Positions 52,169 through 57,649 of a stretch of DNA of 57,649 nucleotides are shown in pieces. The notes under the pieces were generated by a model. That model saw only the letters and a list, made by a program, of their open reading frames with translations, had not been told where the DNA came from and did not search any database. This DNA comes from Nostocales cyanobacterium. GTDB taxonomy: Bacteria > Cyanobacteriota > Cyanobacteriia > Cyanobacteriales > Nostocaceae. The position numbers were made by a program, and so were the translations under genes. The stretch lies in contig RDXV01000010.1 in the NCBI GenBank assembly GCA_004292695.1, forward strand, positions 1-57,649, written 5' to 3'. Position 1 is the stretch's first letter. The number at the start of each line of letters is the position of its first letter.

Positions 52169-52969
52169 TTAAGATTTTTGAATTTCTTGTTGTAAAGTTT
52201 GCACTTCTTCAACAGATAATTCTGTGACTTCAGCAATTTGTTCTAAACTCATTACTCCCATTCTTAACAAGTTTAAAGCTAACTTTCTGGTTGTTTCCGC
52301 TTTACCTTCGGCCTTACCTTCGGCTCTACCTTTGGCTTCACCTTCTTCTAGGATTTCTTGATAAATGACTGATTCGCGCATAATCTCACTCCTGAATATT
52401 TTCCTAATTACATCTTTGTTTAACACTAGACCGGCTAAAACGCTACTAGCAGCAGCTATATTTCTTTGTAACCTTTGTTCTGTGATTCCTTCTACTGCTT
52501 TTGCTACTTGGGTTAATACCATTGTAGGATCATTTGTCTGAGTCAGCGCCGCGAAGGGTAATAAACCGGGAACTGTCAAAAATTGTTCTGTAGGTTGTTC
52601 CCATAAGCGGATAACTTCAAATTGATGGTAAGTGTTTTCTAATTTGAAGTTGTTTTCATAGACTAATTCTGACCCTGTTTTTCGCAAATAGATGACTATT
52701 TGACGCATTTTTTTATGAGGAAACCGACGATATCCCCTAACTCGATAATCTAACGTCCGAAAAGGCATATCTTTATCTGTGTCGGTTTGAAATTCGATAT
52801 GTAGAACTAATTCATCTGATTGTAATAAGATTAATGAATCAGCGCGAATTGGTTCGTTTGATAATTCTGTGGGGCTAAGTTCTGTTAATTTAACTGGTGA
52901 ACCTAGTAACCATGTAGCTAAGTCGTCTTTGAAGTTTTCGGCTAAGAATTTGCAGATGTTGTCATACAT
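52169..52969 (-). CDS. Rpn-family recombination-promoting nuclease/putative transposase
   Basis: PD-(D/E)XK core (DSLILLQSDELVLHIEFQ) plus a C-terminal DUF4351-like tail with a (GKAE)n repeat. Confidence 0.6.
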   Translation of the reverse strand: MYDNICKFLAENFKDDLATWLLGSPVKLTELSPTELSNEPIRADSLILLQSDELVLHIEFQTDTDKDMPFRTLDYRVRGYRRFPHKKMRQIVIYLRKTGSELVYENNFKLENTYHQFEVIRLWEQPTEQFLTVPGLLPFAALTQTNDPTMVLTQVAKAVEGITEQRLQRNIAAASSVLAGLVLNKDVIRKIFRSEIMRESVIYQEILEEGEAKGRAEGKAEGKAETTRKLALNLLRMGVMSLEQIAEVTELSVEEVQTLQQEIQKS

Positions 52970-53109
52970 GAGAATTTTAAACCCATTTGATCAGCGATAT
53001 TTTTCTTATTTATTTTTCAACTTAATTCTATGTCATTTTGAATAGGTATCACTAATAATTATCACAATCTGCCTAACTCCCGTAAATTTTTTAAATCGAG
53101 TTCAAAATC

Positions 53110-53310
53110 TTATATTTCATAAGAATAAAGAGGTATTTGACGTTCTTTAAGTAACTGACAAAAATGTATTTTATCCATTTGTGCTAACTTACTAGCTTGT
53201 CCTATTGCTAGTTTTCCCGACTGAAATAATAACAGGGCAATTTCTTGTTTAAACTGGGTTTCGTTCATCCCACAAGCATTTAAAGTTTCATCTGATATGG
53301 TAACGCTCAT
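53110..53310 (-). CDS. UPF0175-family antitoxin-like protein (orphan)
   Basis: 66 aa, similar to ORFs 5358..5603 and 19115..19390. Confidence 0.5.
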   Translation of the reverse strand: MSVTISDETLNACGMNETQFKQEIALLLFQSGKLAIGQASKLAQMDKIHFCQLLKERQIPLYSYEI

Positions 53311-53388
53311 AGTAGATATGATTGATTTTGGTTGTTAATCTTATGACAATTATAGCTTATCTATTAAACTACGTTGTCATTTAACTTA

Positions 53389-53428
53389 TTGTCAGAATCA
53401 GGATATCCAGGATTTTAGGATTTTCAGG
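53389..53428 (-). repeat. inverted copy of the ~55-bp CCTG(A/T)AAATCCTAAAATCCTGGA(C/T)ATCCTGATTC module
   Basis: Reverse complement matches the module; ~80 bp upstream of the minus-strand UPF0175 gene. Confidence 0.55.
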
Positions 53429-53582
53429 ATGTTTTTTTGAGTTGCATTTTGAGGATTTAAGGATTCAATACTTTTCGGTTAGGCTTAAAATACTGCAATG
53501 TGATCTAAATTGGTAATTTTTGCTGCTTGATAGGGAATAATAGAATAAATACTTTTTGTCAGATAAAGAGGAATTTTGACAA

Positions 53583-55547
53583 ATGGACTGGATAACTATT
53601 CTCAAAGCACAACAGACTGATTTTATAGCCAGAATTAAATCAGGTGACTTACTCCATTGTGAGAAGGAAGGCCAGCATAGTGAGTTGACGGTTATCTCTG
53701 GAGAGAGGTTAAAGCAATTACGGGATTTTTGCTGGGAGATGGCTAATAAATTTAAGCAACAATACGACGTTAAGAACATCTTCTTCAATAATATGAAGGG
53801 AAAGCTGGGTGAGGAAGTTGTTAAAATTCGTTTAGGTGATTTTGTCACTGAAGTTGATTATGAAAAATACAGTGGTGGAGATGGGAAAATTGATTTTACT
53901 TTAACTTCTGATCCATCAATTGGTATTCAGGTGAAAACCCGTTATGGAAATTGTGATCAAGTTCAATGGACAATTGATAAAGAAGAAATTGAAAAAAATG
54001 CTGCTTTAATTTTTATTTTATGTCAAGAAGAATTTAGTGACACGGAAAAAGAATATGGTCTTATTATAGCTGGATTTTTACCAACCAATATGATTAAAAT
54101 TGCTGGTAGTAAAACTTTAGTGGGAATAGATGAATTATTTTATATTGGTGGGTTACGTGGCTATTTAGAAAATTTCAAATCTTTCACATCTTATGATTCT
54201 GATAAATATATCATATTAGGTGATGAATGTGTTAATAATAAAGATTATCAAGGTGCTATTTTCGATTATTATCACGCCTTATATTTAATATCAAATGAAG
54301 CCAGTAATTATTATGTAAGTGATGCAACTATGGCAATTATTTATTACAAAATAGGTAACGCTCGTTATACTTTAGGAGATTATAAGGGTGCGATTGATGA
54401 TTACATCCAAGCTATTAACTTAAATCCTGCATCTGATAATGCTTACAACAAGCGAGGAAATGCTTATTACATATTAGAACAATATTATGATGCGATTAAT
54501 GATTACACCAAAGCTATTAACTTAAATCCTACATCTGATAATGCTTACAATAATCGAGGAAATACTTATTACCAATTAGAACGATATTATGATGCGATTG
54601 ATGATTACACCCAAGCTATTAACTTAAATCCTGCATCTAATAGTGTTTACGACAATCGAGGAAATGCTTATTACAAATTAGGACAAGATTATGATGCAAT
54701 TGATGATTACACTTTTATTTTAGGAAATAAGCAAGTCGCAATAGATGATTTAAACAAAGCAGCCTCTATTTACAAACAAGAAAATAATTTTCATGATTAC
54801 CATAAAACTTTTGAACAGCTTCAAAAAATTCAGTATGATGATGTTAAGCTAATATCACCATCAGGAATGGATTATAGAAAGCTGCGTGATTTACTCAAAA
54901 CTGGGAAATGGACGGAAGCAGATGAAGAAACCAGACGGCTAATGTTAGCAGTTGCAAAACAGGAGGAAGAAAGTTGGTTAGATCATGATAGTATTGATAA
55001 ATTTCCCTATGAAGACCTCTGCACTATTGACTATCTATGGGTGAAATACAGTAATGGTAAATTTGGGTTTTCTGTACAGAAAATTATTTATCAAGGTTTA
55101 GCTAAAACATATGATAGCAAAATGTGGGATCAGTTTATTCATAAAATAGGCAGATATCTTTATGAGATTAATGCATCAAATGATATTAAGGCACCGCTAG
55201 GATACTTCCCAGGCAATGCAGGGGGAATTTGGTTGGATTGGGGAGAGGATGCTGATTACGAATTTGTGAAGGGTTGGTTTGATGACTATCTATTCCGTCG
55301 GGTTGATATTTGTAAAATGTATAATATCAAATCCGAAAAAATATATGAGCCATTAACAAAGCAAAACACACAAGTTAGTGGTGATTATGAAGATAATTAT
55401 CTAGCAGAGGATTTAAACAATAATGATAACCATGATGATTATTTTGACGATTATATTTCTGATTATGATGATTATTTTGACAGTTATAATGATTATGACT
55501 ATGATATCAAGCAATTCTCACAGAACACCAAACAATATCTCCTTTAG
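53583..55547 (+). CDS. multidomain protein: N-terminal unknown domain, TPR repeats, GUN4-like domain, acidic D/Y-rich tail
   Basis: Four TPR units (AIDDYTQAINLNPASDNAYNNRGNAYY), then a GUN4-like segment (WTEADEETRRLML...DLCTIDYLWVKYSNGKFGFSVQ), then a (DDY)n tail. Confidence 0.65.
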   Translation: MDWITILKAQQTDFIARIKSGDLLHCEKEGQHSELTVISGERLKQLRDFCWEMANKFKQQYDVKNIFFNNMKGKLGEEVVKIRLGDFVTEVDYEKYSGGDGKIDFTLTSDPSIGIQVKTRYGNCDQVQWTIDKEEIEKNAALIFILCQEEFSDTEKEYGLIIAGFLPTNMIKIAGSKTLVGIDELFYIGGLRGYLENFKSFTSYDSDKYIILGDECVNNKDYQGAIFDYYHALYLISNEASNYYVSDATMAIIYYKIGNARYTLGDYKGAIDDYIQAINLNPASDNAYNKRGNAYYILEQYYDAINDYTKAINLNPTSDNAYNNRGNTYYQLERYYDAIDDYTQAINLNPASNSVYDNRGNAYYKLGQDYDAIDDYTFILGNKQVAIDDLNKAASIYKQENNFHDYHKTFEQLQKIQYDDVKLISPSGMDYRKLRDLLKTGKWTEADEETRRLMLAVAKQEEESWLDHDSIDKFPYEDLCTIDYLWVKYSNGKFGFSVQKIIYQGLAKTYDSKMWDQFIHKIGRYLYEINASNDIKAPLGYFPGNAGGIWLDWGEDADYEFVKGWFDDYLFRRVDICKMYNIKSEKIYEPLTKQNTQVSGDYEDNYLAEDLNNNDNHDDYFDDYISDYDDYFDSYNDYDYDIKQFSQNTKQYLL

Positions 55548-55610
55548 ATTTTCCTGATTTATAAATTGTAGTAGCTGAAATGCTACCAATTGTCTAAGTA
55601 AGGCAAAACT

Positions 55611-55670
55611 CCTGTAAATCCTAAAATCCTGGACATACTGATTCAGACAAAAAATATCATATAATAGAGG
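55611..55670 (+). promoter_or_regulatory. ~55-bp repeat module with CATATAAT -10 box
   Basis: Copy of the module; ~25 bp upstream of a truncated Uma2 ORF. Confidence 0.55.
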
Positions 55671-55693
55671 ATAAATATTGACCTCAATTAACT

Positions 55694-55801
55694 ATGCAAA
55701 CCACAGAATCACCATTACAATTGCGACTGTGGACTGTTGACGAATACCACAGAATGGCTGAAGCAGGAATATTTGAACCAAGTGAACGAGTAGCGGGGTG
55801 A
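55694..55801 (+). pseudogene. truncated Uma2-family endonuclease (N-terminal 35 codons only)
   Basis: MQTTESPLQLRLWTVDEYHRMAEAGIFEPSERV then a stop, where intact members continue with ELIxGEI. Confidence 0.55.
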
Positions 55802-55908
55802 TCAAAAGATAATTGATCCAAGAGTTGCTAAATTAATAAGAGTAAATTAAATGAATTTATAAGTTTGTTTTAGATTATGATAAAAATATCAACAGCGATT
55901 CCTAACAA

Positions 55909-56175
55909 ATGACTACGATTATGAACACCGAATTAGTCAAAAAATTAGTAGAGATTATTCATTGTTTATCCCCAGAAGAAAAACAATTATTAGAGACAGA
56001 ATTGCACATCAAACCAGATTGGAATATTATCAAACAAAGCATCCTCAAAAGAGGAGAAATACTGAACCAAAGACTAAACAATCAATCTTTACAAGATATA
56101 GTTACCAATATTATCTCAGAAATGAGAGAAGAAAGAAGTGAACAGTTAATTAATTCTTTGAACCACCATGAATAA
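55909..56175 (+). CDS. hypothetical protein
   Basis: 88-aa ORF. Confidence 0.35.
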   Translation: MTTIMNTELVKKLVEIIHCLSPEEKQLLETELHIKPDWNIIKQSILKRGEILNQRLNNQSLQDIVTNIISEMREERSEQLINSLNHHE

Positions 56176-56241
56176 TTTAATCTGTGTAGATGCCAGCTTT
56201 ACCATTAACTGTTTCTTTATTTCTATTATCTCATAAAAAAT

Positions 56242-56298
56242 CCTGTAAATCCTAAAATCCTGGACATCCTGATTCAGACAAAAAATATCATATAAAAG
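56242..56298 (+). promoter_or_regulatory. ~55-bp repeat module immediately upstream of pyrF/pyrE
   Basis: Copy of the module, ending ~25 bp before the ATG at 56324. Confidence 0.5.
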
Positions 56299-56323
56299 AA
56301 ATAAACCCGTAAAAAACTTTAAC

Positions 56324-57649
56324 ATGAACTTTTTCGACAAATTAAATACAGCAATCTCCCAAAATCAAAGTTTACTAATAGTTGGACTTGATCCCAATCC
56401 AGAAATGATTCCTAACCGTTATCAAAATTCAGATTTGATGACTGGTTTAGAAAATTGGTTAAATTTCATGATTACAGAAACCGCTGATTTTGTTTGTGCT
56501 TATAAACCAACCTTGGGATTTTATCAATCTTTAGGTGTCCCAGGTTTAGAGTTATTAATAAAAGTTTTAAAATCTATTCCTAGTCACATTCCCATTATTT
56601 TGGATGCTAAACATAGTGATTTGAATACTAGCAGTATTTTTGCCCATACTATATTTACAGAATGGCAAGTAGACGCTGTTACTCTTAGTCCTTATTCTGG
56701 ACAAGATCATGTTGCACCTTTTTTAGTTTATCCTGATAAAGCTGCTTTTATTTTGTGTTCTACTTCTAATCCCAGTGCCACAATTTTACAGGAATATCCT
56801 GATCTTAAAAACCCTTTTTATTTGAAAGTTGTAGAAGAGTCAAAAAACTGGGGAACTCCTGAACAATTATGTTTAGAAGTGGGAACTACAAATGCAGAAA
56901 TTCTCAAAAATGTCCGCACAATTGCACCGGAAAGAATTATTATGGTGCGGAGTCTTTGGGCTAAAGAAAATAGTCTGAAACCTATTTTAAGCGCAGGTTT
57001 AAATAATAATGGTGATGGTTTGTTAATTCCTGTTCCTCAAGATATGTTAGGTAGTGAAAACCTTTCTCAAGAAATTCAATCTTTACGCACAGAAATCAAT
57101 AATTTTAGAAGTGATTTTGTTGATAATGCTTCTAGTTGTGATGTTTGGGTTTCTAATGTGGAAATCAAAAATAATCATCCTCATCAAGATTTGATTTTAC
57201 AACTTTTTGATATTGGTTGTATTATGTTCGGGGAATTTGTGCAAGCATCAGGGGAAACTTTTCCTTATTATATTGATTTACGGAAAATTATTTCTAATCC
57301 CCAAGTTTTTAATCAGGTGCTTAGTGCTTATGAAGATATCTTAAAAACTCTTACTTTTGATAGGATAGCGGGTATTCCCTATGGTTCTTTACCTACTGCT
57401 ACTGGTTTATCTTTGCGTTTACATTGTCCGATGATTTTTCCCCGTAAGGAGGTGAAAGCACATGGTACACGTAAGGTAATTGAAGGCAATTTTGAACCAG
57501 GGGAAACTATAGCGGTGGTGGATGATATTTTGATTAGTGGGAAAAGTGCACAGGACTTACGCAACTGGCACAGCGATAGCGAAGCGCTCCGTAGGAATCG
57601 CCAATTAGTAGTAGTTTTGTACTGTGATGAAGATGTGATTGAATCAGAC
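56324..57649 (+). CDS. pyrF: bifunctional orotidine-5'-phosphate decarboxylase / orotate phosphoribosyltransferase (PyrF-PyrE fusion), 3'-partial at the window edge
   Basis: N-terminal OMP decarboxylase (LIVGLDPNPE...ILDAKHSD). C-terminal OPRTase-like half (GEFVQASGETFPYYIDLR...VVDDILISGKSA) with the PRPP loop. Open to the window end, 442 codons. Confidence 0.75.
   Translation, partial: MNFFDKLNTAISQNQSLLIVGLDPNPEMIPNRYQNSDLMTGLENWLNFMITETADFVCAYKPTLGFYQSLGVPGLELLIKVLKSIPSHIPIILDAKHSDLNTSSIFAHTIFTEWQVDAVTLSPYSGQDHVAPFLVYPDKAAFILCSTSNPSATILQEYPDLKNPFYLKVVEESKNWGTPEQLCLEVGTTNAEILKNVRTIAPERIIMVRSLWAKENSLKPILSAGLNNNGDGLLIPVPQDMLGSENLSQEIQSLRTEINNFRSDFVDNASSCDVWVSNVEIKNNHPHQDLILQLFDIGCIMFGEFVQASGETFPYYIDLRKIISNPQVFNQVLSAYEDILKTLTFDRIAGIPYGSLPTATGLSLRLHCPMIFPRKEVKAHGTRKVIEGNFEPGETIAVVDDILISGKSAQDLRNWHSDSEALRRNRQLVVVLYCDEDVIESD

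Overview
This window is the major nif gene cluster of a heterocyst-forming cyanobacterium (Nostoc/Anabaena type: HIP1 GCGATCGC sites, heptamer STRR repeats, FdxH, HesAB). The minus-strand nifV-nifZ-nifT and cysE genes sit at the left. The long plus-strand cluster runs nifB-fdxN-nifS-nifU-nifH-nifD-nifK-(Mo-nitro_C)-nifE-nifN-nifX-DUF269-DUF683-nifW-hesA-hesB-fdxH-feoA, then an MsrQ/MsrP-like pair and a partial pyrF/pyrE at the right edge. All three nitrogenase structural genes are split by inserted DNA elements, and each element carries its own XisA-family tyrosine recombinase. A ~6.7-kb element sits in nifH, with a CCGTGAAGGT direct repeat. A ~14-kb element sits in nifD at the classical site, with a TACTCCG core. 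A minimal ~1.8-kb element sits in nifK, with a TCGGTGATGAC repeat, and it carries nothing but the recombinase. Joining the flanking segments in silico restores full-length NifH (295 aa), NifD (501 aa) and NifK (511 aa). fdxN is uninterrupted. The element cargo is accessory in character. It includes orphan toxin-antitoxin parts, Uma2 and PD-(D/E)XK nucleases, a triple-SPFH protein, a packed tRNA-like array next to an RNA ligase, a histidine kinase, Rpn/YhgA-like transposases and uncharacterised divergent gene pairs. Two small repeat families recur: a ~55-bp module with a TATAAT box upstream of Uma2 genes, and a GATCCCCGACTTC...GAAGTCGGGGATC palindromic mini-element. The region left of nifB (4.2-10.4 kb) is a toxin-antitoxin island plus a frameshifted quinone oxidoreductase.
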